Shown here in pieces: positions 1 to 9,978 of a stretch of 64,000 nt of DNA. The notes under the pieces are model-generated. The model had not been told where the DNA came from. It saw only the letters and a program-made list of their open reading frames with translations, and searched no databases. A program made the position numbers and the translations under genes. Numbering within the stretch: the stretch's first letter is position 1; each line of letters opens with the position of its first letter. Source of the DNA: an uncultured delta proteobacterium (lineage in GTDB: Bacteria > Desulfobacterota > Desulfobacteria > Desulfobacterales > JAFDCJ01); assembly GCA_963769935.1 (NCBI GenBank), contig CAVYNY010000011.1, positions 192,001-256,000 on the forward strand, read 5' to 3'.

Positions 1-1135
1 CCGGTCCTGTCGCTTTGTGATAATTGTTCCAACCCCGTATTACCGGTGTCAGCTCTTTTATCAACTCCTCCAGCGATAGACTATAGCGTCGCCCAATGAC
101 TTCCTTCACTCGTTGCCTGATGCGGCCCATCGAACGCTCTGAAGGCCATAATGCGCAGAACTGCTTTAATTTCGAGTTCTTCTTGCGCACCGGACACAGA
201 CGCAAATGCACGCCGAGAAAATCAAACCCGTCTTTCGCTTTAACCATACGCGTTTTATCCGGGTGCAGCTTCAAGCCAAGACGTCCCAGCATCTGCTCCA
301 CCTGCTTTTTAACCTGCTTTCCGTTACGCCACAGCAAGATAACAAAATCATCCGCATATCTTACCAGTGTTCCTGGAATTCCCGACATCTGGAACATTTT
401 GTCAAACGAGTGCAGATAGATATTGCTCAGCAACGGTGAAATTACACCACCTTGCGGAGTTCCCAGCCCGTTTGTTTCGATATATTTGCCCTCTTCCATG
501 ACCCCGGCTTCCAACCACATGCGAATTAACTTTAAAACACGAGCATCAGCGATGCGGCGTTCAACCAGTTCCAGTAGAATATCCTGGCGAATATTGTCGA
601 AAAATCCCGTTATATCGGCGTCAAAAACGATGCGCTGACCTTTGAAGGTAATCCTGCGTTCTATTATACGGATCGCGTCATGGGCGCTTCGCCCCGGACG
701 AAATCCGTGAGAACAATCCAAAAAATTGGCCTCAAATATCGGCTCGATTACCAGTTTGGTCGCCATCTGGCAAACGCGGTCAAAAATAACCGGAACCCCA
801 AGCGGCCTTTTCTCAGGTTTGCCCGGTTTGTCGATATAGCACCGCAGCACTGGCTGCGGCCGGTACCGCTTGCTTTTTAATTGCTCGCGGACTTCCGCCA
901 GAAATTGATCCACACCAATTACATCCTCGATGTATTCAAAATCCTGCCGATCGACTCCAGGTGCACCCTTGTTGGCCTTGACGCGCTTCCAGGCCTCCAA
1001 AACAACATCTTCACGATAGATCTTATCGTAAAGAGCCCCGAATCTCCTATCCAGCGACTGCTTCGCTGCATGGGACAGTTTAGACTGCAAGTCAGAAACT
1101 TTGTTCCGCACGTTCATAGCTCCTTGAGCACTCAT
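1..1135 (-). CDS. ltrA: Group II intron reverse transcriptase/maturase (partial, runs off window start)
   Basis: Own translation: ..RFGALYDKIYREDVVLEAWKRVKANKGAPGVD..RPLGVP..FRPGRSAHDA..GTPQGGVISPLLSNIYL..RYADDFV (YADD at 347-358)..FDFLG..IRGWNNY. Alternative start at 1117. Confidence 0.95.
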   Translation of the reverse strand, partial: MSAQGAMNVRNKVSDLQSKLSHAAKQSLDRRFGALYDKIYREDVVLEAWKRVKANKGAPGVDRQDFEYIEDVIGVDQFLAEVREQLKSKRYRPQPVLRCYIDKPGKPEKRPLGVPVIFDRVCQMATKLVIEPIFEANFLDCSHGFRPGRSAHDAIRIIERRITFKGQRIVFDADITGFFDNIRQDILLELVERRIADARVLKLIRMWLEAGVMEEGKYIETNGLGTPQGGVISPLLSNIYLHSFDKMFQMSGIPGTLVRYADDFVILLWRNGKQVKKQVEQMLGRLGLKLHPDKTRMVKAKDGFDFLGVHLRLCPVRKKNSKLKQFCALWPSERSMGRIRQRVKEVIGRRYSLSLEELIKELTPVIRGWNNYHKATGP

Positions 1136-1933
1136 GCCTTCTTACTGTTACCAGATAGAAATGCAACTGGTGTTTAAACCGATGATGATTCGGGACAGTT
1201 CGAGTTCTTGGCCCGGTGGTCGCACCGTTCCCCAACGACTGCCGGTTGGGTTTTGTTAAAGCGGGGTCCCCGTAAACCCGCACCTTATCCTCACCCTCAA
1301 ATCTATCCACTGTTCCGCATTTCAACTCACACCCTAAACGCGGTCGAAGTATGGCCCCACGCTCAGAGACAGGTTATGTTGTCCTGCCCGTCGTCACTTC
1401 CAGGCCACTCCGACTTCCCTACGCCCATCACCTCCATCTTGCCGGTTTCACCCGACTTGATACAGGCTTACCGCAGGCGGAGACCTGCGGAGACGCTGGG
1501 ATCTCAGGTCTTTCCTCCATTATCTGTCACCGCATGCCGTTGGCCTTACCCCGGGTCCCTACCAGGTGCTCATACCCTTTGCTTCCCTGGTAGCTCTGGC
1601 CTTCTCCCAAATTATAGAGGATCGGCGGGTATCCCTGCGATGCAGGGTTTATCCCTCAATCGGACTCTCCCAGCTATAGCCGTCCGATCACATCTTACGA
1701 GGCTGCACCATTCGCGTGATGCTACGGCCTGCGGTTTTGGCCGGCACCCCTGACTGGGTAAAACCCGCATATCCTGCGAGCCGTCTCGGTACCGTGTCGG
1801 GGCAAGTTCAGCCCGCGTGTTACCACGCGAACCCGCCCTCTGCCTTCATATCCATAAGGGCAACTGATATGATAACCTCCTTTCAGGTTACTAGATAATG
1901 GTCTCGCGACCTCGTACATAGTTTAGATGCGAC
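1..1933 (-). mobile_element. Group II intron (5' ribozyme domains ~1136-1933 plus intron-encoded RT); 3' end lies outside the window
   Basis: RT/maturase ORF preceded by ~800 nt of structured, ORF-poor sequence; an upstream ORF is cut near 1934. The 5' boundary (GTCGC at 1933) is approximate. Confidence 0.85.
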
Positions 1934-2097
1934 CCCCTCGTCCCCCTCTGTTTCGTCAATCCAAGGAATTTAAACAGTTGTCGCCGCCGCCACCATACCG
2001 ACGGCAAACGAACGAAAAAAGCAAACACGACTATCGCGAGTGCCCAGAACACCCATTTCAATATCTCGTATAGTGCTGAATAAACCAGTTGCTCCAT
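1934..2097 (-). pseudogene. N-terminus of a membrane-anchored cassette ORF interrupted by the intron
   Basis: MEQLVYSALYEILKWVFWALAIVVFAFFVRL.. starts just after the attC and runs into intron sequence. Confidence 0.5.
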
Positions 2098-2117
2098 GGA
2101 ACTTGGTTTCCTGTTTT

Positions 2118-2208
2118 CGTCCTCGTTGGCGATAACCGGGCCGCCGCGGATGATCTTCCATTTGAAAAACGCGCTGTCCGCGGCTCCGCGTTCATCGCTT
2201 GGTTATGT
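2118..2208 (-). other. Integron attC site, probably inactivated
   Basis: Minus strand ACATAAC-caagcgatgaac..ccgcgga..tccgcgg..ggttatcgccaac-GAGGACG. R' looks like GTTAGGA missing TT. A gene fragment (..AVKAYAAEIVT*) stops inside R''. Confidence 0.7.
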
Positions 2209-2498
2209 CACAATCTCGGCAGCGTACGCTTTAACGGCTTCGAGTATGAGTTGATTAATGCCCCATTTCTTTTGACTGGCATTCAAGAAATAGAGTGTCA
2301 AATCTTGATTAGTGATTAACTGGCACTTTTTTAATCACAAATCAAGATTTGATACCCAATTCTCGTTCTTATGCGTTTCAAAATAGCAGGGCCTTTCCGA
2401 AAAACCGCATCGTTTTTCCCGTCTGGTTCATCAGCCTGGTTGTACAAATACGATTTATAACATCTGTTTTAAGAAACTTTTTGATCCACATAAAAATC

Positions 2499-2527
2499 TT
2501 GACATATACATATATTGTATGCATAAT
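2499..2527 (+). promoter_or_regulatory. Sigma70 promoter with operator palindrome for brnTA
   Basis: TTGACA-17nt-CATAAT; ATACA-tatat-TGTAT inverted repeat in the spacer; ATG begins 7 nt after the -10 box. Confidence 0.75.
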
Positions 2528-2534
2528 ATCATCT

Positions 2535-2807
2535 ATGAAAATCAGATGGGATCCTCACAAGGCCGAAACCAACTTTCGAAAACATAAAATTCGGTTCTCT
2601 GATGCTGAATCAGTATTATTTGACCCAATGGCCATGACTATCGAGGATCAAATTATAGATCAAGAACAGCGATTTTTATCAGTTGGTTCTGACGCCTTCG
2701 GCCGTATTTTAGTTATTGTATATACATATCATGGTGACACAATCCGTTTAATTTCCGCCCGCAAAGCAACTTCAAAAGAGAGAAAATATTATGAAAAAGG
2801 AATATGA
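2535..2807 (+). CDS. brnT: BrnT family toxin
   Basis: MKIRWDPHKAETNFRKHKIRFSDA..EQRFLSVG..IRLISARKAT. Confidence 0.92.
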   Translation: MKIRWDPHKAETNFRKHKIRFSDAESVLFDPMAMTIEDQIIDQEQRFLSVGSDAFGRILVIVYTYHGDTIRLISARKATSKERKYYEKGI

Positions 2808-3048
2808 TTTTAGCAAAGGCAAAAGAGGCCAGGTAATTAAGCAGAAAGGTAAAACTCGAATTACCATTTACCTGGACAATGATGTAATTGAAAAGTTCCG
2901 TATACTTTCCGATGCCGCCGGCTATGGATATCAAACTATGATCAATGATGCCCTAAAAGAATATCTAAAAGAAAAAGAGGAACCTGTAACAACTGCTGCA
3001 ATCCGCCAAGTTATCCGCGAAGAACTTGAGCGTGCAGCAAACAATTGA
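2791..3048 (+). CDS. brnA: BrnA family antitoxin
   Basis: MKKEYDFSKGKRG..RITIYLDNDV..GYQTMINDAL; overlaps the toxin. Confidence 0.92.
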   Translation: MKKEYDFSKGKRGQVIKQKGKTRITIYLDNDVIEKFRILSDAAGYGYQTMINDALKEYLKEKEEPVTTAAIRQVIREELERAANN

Positions 3049-3117
3049 TAAAATGCTCATCTAAATTTCACATATTCTCGTTCGTAGCTTCTATAAGAGC
3101 AGTTTTTCCAGAGATCA

Positions 3118-3183
3118 GTACAACGACTGAGGTCAGCCGCCCGAGGCCGCAGGCCGAGGGTCGGTTGGACCGACTGGTTAGGC
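3118..3183 (-). other. Integron attC site (66 bp)
   Basis: Minus strand GCCTAAC-cagtcggtccaaccgaccctcggcc-tgc-ggcctcgggcggctgacctcagtc-GTTGTAC; imperfect palindrome with extrahelical bases. Confidence 0.85.
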
Positions 3184-3242
3184 CGCGCCGAACTGCGATT
3201 TCAGACGCCTCAGCAGCGACGGCTGTCCGGGGACGCGAGCAA

Positions 3243-3773
<531 letters not shown>

Positions 3774-3945
3774 TTCAATTCTTTCTCGAGTCGAATTTCG
3801 GCGTGGCCTGTTAGCATCGTTGATGGATGCCCGGGACGTTGCCGGTTGCGCGGCCACCCCTAAACCCCGCAGTTAACGCAATTTAGGTTTAAAAATTGGG
3901 CATTTATGGTGAAGCATGATAGACGGCTAAGAGAAGGGGGCCGAC

Positions 3946-4380
3946 ATGCTTCATCGTGCCATCCAGGATTTTTTGAGCTATTGCCGTTTGGCGGACTTTT
4001 CGCAGCGTTCCCTGCAGGCATTGGCCATTCGGCTAAACGAGTTTGCAGATTTTCTAAGGTCGCATCATATCAGATCTATCAAAAGTACCACCTATCTGAA
4101 TCTGGTTGCTTTCGTAGCCGACTTTAACGACCTTTCCATCCATGTCCGAAATTCACGGGTATGGACACTGAGGCAATTTTATCACTTTTTAGCACTACAT
4201 CAAAAGGTTGCCGAAAATATCGCTACCGGACTTGCGTATCCCAAAATCGAAAAAACCGTTCCCCGGTATCTGACCGGCCAGGAGTACAAACGGCTCATAC
4301 GCCACTTTAGCACCAGGGCCAACGATCTTTGGTGATTAAGAAATCTTATCATCGTGCTGCTGTTGGGAATCCTGGGCTTT
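3946..4380 (+). pseudogene. Truncated XerC/XerD-like tyrosine recombinase (N-terminal SAM-like domain)
   Basis: ..TLRQFYHFL..PKIEKTVPRYLT..DLW*LRNLIIVLLLGILG, then homology is lost; catalytic domain absent. Confidence 0.75.
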
Positions 4381-4618
4381 CAAAGAATGCAAAAGATTTA
4401 ATATAATCTGATTTTAGGCATCTGCTCAATCATTTTGGTTGGGTGATTTGTTGCTGCTTAATCAATATATCAATACCCGTCCCCTATATTCCCCCTTTAT
4501 CTGCGAGATTTATCGACTTGAAAACCATCATCTATCACCTTATTAAAGCGGATAACGGTATAAGATAATCTAAATATAAAAATAGAACGGATGTTCCTAT
4601 TTTCCCCCTCTACTGCCA

Positions 4619-5186
4619 TCAAAAGACGATATGTTCTTTTATTCCGATCTGTTCGGCAGCATGGTGGGCGACGGCCTGACTGAGCCAGTGTGGCTGGTGG
4701 GCATCTGAGCTGATAACAAATTTGAAACGATCTTTGAAGGGGCTGTAAAACTTTTTCCAGTCCGTCCGCCAGACATAACGGTTGTTGATTTCAACCAAAC
4801 ATTCGCCGGGAACCCGATTCAGGTCGGTGCCTAATGCGTTGGGATGCGCGACAATGACCGGTTTTCCTGATGTGATCAGTCTGTCCAGGGAATGATAATC
4901 GGCATCCAGATCCCGGCAGTGAAAAACGTAGTAATCAACATTATAATTCGTGGCTTCGGCGACCCACGGCGTGTCCGTCCACCTCAACCCCGACTTTTAA
5001 TCCGTCTTGGCGGATTTCACTTTCGTATATCTCAAAAGATCCATCCACCAGACTCTCGAAATGATCACTGATTCCGACAATTCCGGCATGCCTGGCCGCA
5101 GCGACAAGGGCAACGGTCTGTTCGGCCACTATGGAATTGTCATTGGTTGAATAGGTGGTGTGAATATGTAAGTCCTGCTGCAGCAT
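4619..5186 (-). pseudogene. PHP-family phosphoesterase, one-base frameshift near 4968
   Basis: QDLHIHTTYS..ISDH..GVEV (ORF 4941-5186) continues in another frame as ..VAHP..EINNR..SSDAH (ORF 4619-4987). Confidence 0.8.
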
Positions 5187-5412
5187 CCCAAGTCCTTTCG
5201 AAATATGTTTTCCCTGATATCAAATCCTGATTCAAGCAAGCGAGCTTTCCCACAGGGTCAGAATAAATGAGATAAAATCGAGCCTCATCCCTTTCCAGCT
5301 GTCAGCTAGCCGACCTTACTGGTCAATATCTCGGGGGGAAAGCAGCGCACATAACAAAAATTACAAATATCAAATCAGAAAGACCAGGACGCCGACCAGA
5401 CAATCAGCGTTC

Positions 5413-5739
5413 TTATGCCTGCAACAGGCGCCGCTGCAAGAGCTTTTGCATGCCACGACGCCCATCGGCAATCAGGAGCACATAGACTTTTTCTTCCATG
5501 ACGCGGTAAATGATGCGGTAGGGCTTAAAGAATATTTCGCGGAACTCCCGCAATCCAAAGGCAAGCAATTCCTTCGGACAGGCTCCGCGCGCAGGATTTT
5601 CGGACAGGCGGTTGAACGCTTTTTCGATTCGATTGAGAACGTGATCAGCCTTACCTCGCCCATCGTGCCGATCAATGTAATCGTAAATATCCTCCAGGTC
5701 ACGCGACGCGTCATCGGTCAACAGCACGGAAAAATGCAT
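5413..5739 (-). CDS. RelE/ParE family toxin
   Basis: DASRDLEDIYDYI..LSENPARG..FREIFFKPYRIIYRV..IADGRR. Confidence 0.9.
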   Translation of the reverse strand: MHFSVLLTDDASRDLEDIYDYIDRHDGRGKADHVLNRIEKAFNRLSENPARGACPKELLAFGLREFREIFFKPYRIIYRVMEEKVYVLLIADGRRGMQKLLQRRLLQA

Positions 5740-6014
5740 CAGCGGGACTCCCGCCTGTTTCGCAGGCGTTTGACGACATCGGCAGCAGGTTGAACCTTAC
5801 CCTCTTCGATCTGACGCCCGCCGAGCGCCAGAATTTTCAGCAGAGCCATCGCCTCCTGCGTTTGCTCGTAACTTTCGATATCCTGCACAACCGCCTTGGC
5901 CTCGCCGTTCTGGGTGATGATCAAAGGCTCCTGCTGCTTTCCGATATTGCGCACGATCTCGGAGGCATGCGCCTTCAGATAGCTGATCGGCTTGATTTGA
6001 CTTGACAGGGACAT
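5739..6014 (-). CDS. Phd/YefM family antitoxin
   Basis: IKPISYLKAHASEIV..PLIITQNGEAKAVVQDIESYE; AAGGAGG RBS; coupled to the toxin. Confidence 0.92.
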   Translation of the reverse strand: MSLSSQIKPISYLKAHASEIVRNIGKQQEPLIITQNGEAKAVVQDIESYEQTQEAMALLKILALGGRQIEEGKVQPAADVVKRLRNRRESR

Positions 6015-6401
6015 CGGCCACCTCCTTTAAATGACGACCAAATATAGTCCTTAAAAAGGTCATGAGTCAAGTTTTTTCCAGTAGCCATGGAAACGGCTTC
6101 ACCGCGTGAAAACACGGTTATCTCTCGGAGGTCCCTTTTTTAGCAACATGATAGAATTTCGTCTGTAATTGACGACTTTTGGAAAGTTTGAGTTTTGCGG
6201 ATTTTAAAACGTTACTGAGCCCTGGATACCTCAGCCCACACAAGCTGCCGGAATTTTAATTCTTTGCTTAACCGGTTTGCCAGATGCTATAGAACAGAAT
6301 ATCTCGGGTTTATTTTTCGCCTCTAGAGAGTCTTATAGCGCACAAGAAATATCCATAATTATTCACTATTCGAGCTGTGCCCCCCGATTCCTCACTTGAA
6401 A

Positions 6402-7940
6402 TTAATCCGATTTCTTCAGGATAATCGGGATGTTGGCGGTTTCCGGCCCACTTGTCACTGAAAGCACTATGCTTTCGGCTGTCTCGGGCATTTCAAAGAT
6501 GACATCGCTTTCTTTGGCGCTTCGGGGTTCCACAAGGTCGTTTAACCAGCTTTTCGAAGCCCGCGGTACGCCGTCTATCAGCAGCCGAAATGAGTCGTTC
6601 CCAAATCCTAAATCCGATGGACCTTTGTTGGTTAAGCGTATGGAGAGTTTCAAGGTTAATATCCCCGTATTCCGGCTGTCGACCAGCGCCGCCAGAATTT
6701 TGCAGGTTCCTTCCCCTCGATTATTTTGCAGGGTTACTTCAGTGCCAGACGGAAAAGCGACCGAGTAACGTGTCGCGCGATCATCGGCTAAAGTCTTTGT
6801 CCCACTGGGAGCCGATTTTGCCTTGGAAGGCTCGGTTGTCTTTGCCGGCTTCGCGGAAGGTGCAGTTGCCTCTCTCTTCAGGATAATCGGGATGTTGGCG
6901 GTTTCCGGCCCACTTGTCACTGAAAGCACTATGCTTTCGGCTGTCTCGGGCATTTCAAAGATGACATCGCTTTCTTTGGCGCTTCGGGGTTCCACAAGGT
7001 CGTTTAACCAGCTTTTCGGCGCCCGCGGTACGCCGTCTATCAGCAGCCGAAATGAGTCGTTCCCAAATCCTAAATCCAATGGACCTTTGTTGGTTAAGCG
7101 TATGGAGAGTTTCAAGGTTAATATCCCCGTATTCCGGCTGTCGACCAGCGCCGCCAGAATTTTGTAGGTTCCCTCCCCTCGATTATTTTGCAGGGTTACT
7201 TCAGTGCCAGACGGAAAAGCGACCGAGTAACGTGTCGCGCGATCATCGGCTAAAGTCTTTGTCCCACTGGGAGCCAATTTTGCCTTGGAAGGCTCGGTTG
7301 TCTTGGCCGGCCTCGCGGAAGGTGCAGTTTCCTCGAGTCGCTCGGTGGTGTCGTTATCGGACGACGAAGATACGAAAGCAGTCTTTTCTTTGTTGCTTGG
7401 AGGCCCGATCTGATGAAGCATCACAAACAAGCCCGCCACAGCGGCAACAATGCCTGCCGCAGCTGTCACCAAACCTGGCATGGTCTTCCACCAGCGCCGG
7501 GACCGCAGTTTTGTATAGGTTGGCATTGGCTTTATTTGGGTCGGGGGACTGCCACCGAGGATGCTGGCAACGGTCTTCAATAATTGATCAAACTCAAAAT
7601 GAGGAGAGGTGCCCGGCCAATCGGAGAGATCTGCTGCTTCAATTCTCTTGAACTCAAGGGGAATTTGGACTTTGTCTATCAGCGCCGGGATTAGAATTCC
7701 GCGCGCCGCACCCTCTGCTGCTTCGGTTTTCACCCAGCGGGATGATACAGAGTCCTTAGACCAGAGAACAATGACACACCGGGCCGAGTTCAATGCATTC
7801 TCTATTGTCTCATCAAACGACTTTCCGGGGGGAATCTCCCGATCCCACCACGCAGACCAACCCTGCCGCGAGAATGCCTCGGATAGAAGCTCAGCTCTCT
7901 CCTTGTCTGTTCTTGCATAGCTGATGAATATATCAATCAT
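6402..7940 (-). CDS. TIR-domain protein with one TM helix and two tandem beta-rich (DUF4352-like) domains
   Basis: DIFISYARTD..WWDREIPPG..IVLWSKDSVSSRWVKTEA; TM GLVTAAAGIVAAVAGLFVML; 154-aa unit present twice. Confidence 0.85.
   Translation of the reverse strand: MIDIFISYARTDKERAELLSEAFSRQGWSAWWDREIPPGKSFDETIENALNSARCVIVLWSKDSVSSRWVKTEAAEGAARGILIPALIDKVQIPLEFKRIEAADLSDWPGTSPHFEFDQLLKTVASILGGSPPTQIKPMPTYTKLRSRRWWKTMPGLVTAAAGIVAAVAGLFVMLHQIGPPSNKEKTAFVSSSSDNDTTERLEETAPSARPAKTTEPSKAKLAPSGTKTLADDRATRYSVAFPSGTEVTLQNNRGEGTYKILAALVDSRNTGILTLKLSIRLTNKGPLDLGFGNDSFRLLIDGVPRAPKSWLNDLVEPRSAKESDVIFEMPETAESIVLSVTSGPETANIPIILKREATAPSAKPAKTTEPSKAKSAPSGTKTLADDRATRYSVAFPSGTEVTLQNNRGEGTCKILAALVDSRNTGILTLKLSIRLTNKGPSDLGFGNDSFRLLIDGVPRASKSWLNDLVEPRSAKESDVIFEMPETAESIVLSVTSGPETANIPIILKKSD
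6413..7329. repeat. 462-bp in-frame tandem duplication inside the TIR gene
   Basis: CTTCAGGATAATCGGG.. at 6414 and 6876; about 8 nt differences by eye. Confidence 0.95.
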
Positions 7941-8009
7941 AGACTATGATTACCTGCACCCAAATCTACGAAGAGCTTGAAAAGGGTACATTTTTAGGAT
8001 TTACCAATA

Positions 8010-8062
8010 GAAATTGAAAACGGCATCGCTTTGGGTGTCAGAGTGCATGCGCATTGTTAGCG
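8010..8062 (-). other. Half attC site (R'' and left arm only)
   Basis: Gene stop TAA lies in CGCTAAC, followed by aatgcgcatgcactctgacacccaaagcgatgcc; no complementary right arm or R'. Confidence 0.6.
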
Positions 8063-8374
8063 ATGCCACTTAAATGGTGCTTCGCCTCTTTCTGATTGAG
8101 GAGTTTCGATGACTTCAATAATGAAGCTTTTCAACCCCTTCAAATCTTTTTTAAATTGATTTACGTCTATTTCATCAAGGTAATTCCAAAAATCAAGATA
8201 AGATTCCGGATCTCTGATCCTTCTGTCGATAAAATGCAATGTTCCCTCTAAAAAGGAATCTTCAGTTTCATATCTTGAGCACGAAGCACCAATCTCAGTT
8301 TTCAAAACGTCCAATATAATGTCCGCCATGACAATTATTTCATATGCCATTGGTGTTAGATAATCTGTATCCAT
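8057..8374 (-). CDS. Hypothetical protein (integron cassette)
   Basis: Bounded by exactly complementary GTTAGCG (8400-8394) and CGCTAAC (8062-8056). Confidence 0.75.
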   Translation of the reverse strand: MDTDYLTPMAYEIIVMADIILDVLKTEIGASCSRYETEDSFLEGTLHFIDRRIRDPESYLDFWNYLDEIDVNQFKKDLKGLKSFIIEVIETPQSERGEAPFKWHR

Positions 8375-8393
8375 GGAGTCTGGTTTGTATCCG

Positions 8394-8441
8394 CGCTAAC
8401 GCCGCCTTCACCGGTTTATCTGGTGCAAGGCGTGGTTGACA
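8394..8441 (-). other. Very short attC site (48 bp)
   Basis: TGTCAAC-cacgccttgcaccag-ataaa-ccggtgaaggcggc-GTTAGCG with one extrahelical base. Confidence 0.8.
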
Positions 8442-8518
8442 ATTTTGTTAAATAAAATCTTGCAGTTTCCAGGTTAGGGTAAAAATTCAGCGGCGCAACT
8501 TTTGCGTCCTTTGAAGTG

Positions 8519-8878
8519 TTAACGATTCATTTCCATGTGCTTATAGATTTTCCGGCAGACCATGTCAAACTCATCCTGCCAGTCCTCGTTTTCATGGTAG
8601 ACCAGGGGACCCTCATCAGGACTTATATATTCAGATAGCAACTCATAGGCTGTCTTTTCCGAATCGTCGTCAGAAATAGCCTGTTCAACGAGGTACCCGC
8701 CGAGCGCATGCAGAGAAGTGAAATAACGATTCATTGTTGTTTTGGATTTCTTGTCGAGTTTCTCCACTACCCAAAATTCCAGAAAAAAATTCAACAGATC
8801 GGTTGCAATCTGATCCTCTCTGGATGGCTTTACCCCCACCCTCCAGGCATCAATCCATTTTCGGTTAGGTTTCATCAT
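8519..8878 (-). CDS. Hypothetical protein (cassette-like)
   Basis: 119-aa ORF upstream of the attC at 8394. Confidence 0.7.
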   Translation of the reverse strand: MMKPNRKWIDAWRVGVKPSREDQIATDLLNFFLEFWVVEKLDKKSKTTMNRYFTSLHALGGYLVEQAISDDDSEKTAYELLSEYISPDEGPLVYHENEDWQDEFDMVCRKIYKHMEMNR

Positions 8879-8981
8879 TTCAATTCGCTAATGTGTTCCG
8901 GCGAGCAGCGGCCCAAAAAATTCTCTCCTGCACGGCATTTACGATAAACCGGCATTTTCATCTCCCTCTGCTCAACCCAAG

Positions 8982-9497
8982 TTAGACGCTAATCCCATAG
9001 AGGTGTGCCAGTTCATCGATTGGGAACGTGTGCGTAATAGCCTGCATCGGCATTCGGTTCAACTCCCGAATAATTTCCGGGACTCGCCAGCTATGGACTC
9101 CACCTGCCTCCGTGATTAGGTACTTGTAATGAAACGCGATGTCGTTGGAAGAACCCAATACACTCCTGCTCGATGACTTGGCGAAACCAATTTCATTGTA
9201 CTCCAGGAGAATTCGATGTCGCACTCCTTCCGGAATGGCCTCCTCAGACAGCACGCAAGAAAGCATTAAACGAAACTGTTCCGGCAACTCTCGAATTTGC
9301 GACCGTGTCACATCCGGGATGATGAAATTAAATAGAGTTCGATCGTTGACAAACAGCAGTGTCTTTCGGCGATCGATGAAGGTCAAGTTTGCATGCCATT
9401 GGCCCAGGCCTGAGCTTGCAGGTTCGTTGGCCTGCAAATCTTTCGGCTTGACACCCATCTCCTTCAGAAGCTTGGTTGTACATCGAATTAGTTGCAT
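8982..9497 (-). CDS. DUF6933-like hypothetical protein (cassette-like)
   Basis: IRCTTKLLKE..LGQWHANL..RRKTLLFVNDRTL..SRSVLGS..LNRMPM; GTTAAGC just before ATG; stop in GTCTAAC. Confidence 0.75.
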   Translation of the reverse strand: MQLIRCTTKLLKEMGVKPKDLQANEPASSGLGQWHANLTFIDRRKTLLFVNDRTLFNFIIPDVTRSQIRELPEQFRLMLSCVLSEEAIPEGVRHRILLEYNEIGFAKSSSRSVLGSSNDIAFHYKYLITEAGGVHSWRVPEIIRELNRMPMQAITHTFPIDELAHLYGISV

Positions 9498-9510
9498 GGC
9501 TTAACTTGCC

Positions 9511-9891
9511 TTATAATGCTCCGGCCCGGAGGTGCTGGATACCCTCGACATAACTGAATAGGCGTCCGTTAGGCTTGATGCCACTCAGGGTGTCATTGAA
9601 GAAGCTGTTCCATTCGTAGCGGACCCATTTGGAGTCAAGGTTCGCGCTGGAAGTACCCACCGCTACAAGTACCCTTGCCACATCCAAGGCATTGTCAATA
9701 GCCCGTGTGTATTCTGCCACTCCCAGGGGCTCAAGGGAGACGCTGCTAAGAAACACATGCGCTCCGCGACTCGTCAGGTACTCATAGACTTCCCGAGCCA
9801 ATGCGCTATCTCGTGTCGGCATTCCCTGCTCGTCAAGATTCTTGAAGGAAATGAATATGTCAGCAGGGCTGTCCGCACTCTCATTCATCAT
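9511..9891 (-). pseudogene. TIR-domain protein, probably C-terminally truncated
   Basis: DIFISFKNLD..LAREVYEYL..VFLS..IDNALD..SKWVRYEWNSF; ends abruptly 5 nt before the next R' site. Confidence 0.7.
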
Positions 9892-9921
9892 GATACTCCC
9901 TCTGGACACACTGTGAAGCAG

Positions 9922-9978
9922 ACCGAACTGTGTGTATTAGGGGACCTTCAGCGATTCCGGTGGAACGGCAGGTTAGCC
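9922..9978 (-). other. Chimeric/degenerate attC site
   Basis: GGCTAAC (contains gene stop)-ctgccgttccaccgga..gtcccctaatacacaca-GTTCGGT; the two arms do not pair. Confidence 0.5.

Noticed and set aside
96..1898. Several + strand ORFs over the intron
   Set aside because: Antisense shadows of the RT gene and ribozyme
3946..4380. Possible integron integrase
   Set aside because: Truncated before the catalytic domain, sits mid-array, and has no recognisable IntI features
8886..8987. Full attC between two cassette ORFs
   Set aside because: R'' is good and GAGCAG/CTGCTC pair, but R' is ATTAGCG and the arms pair poorly; counted only as a remnant
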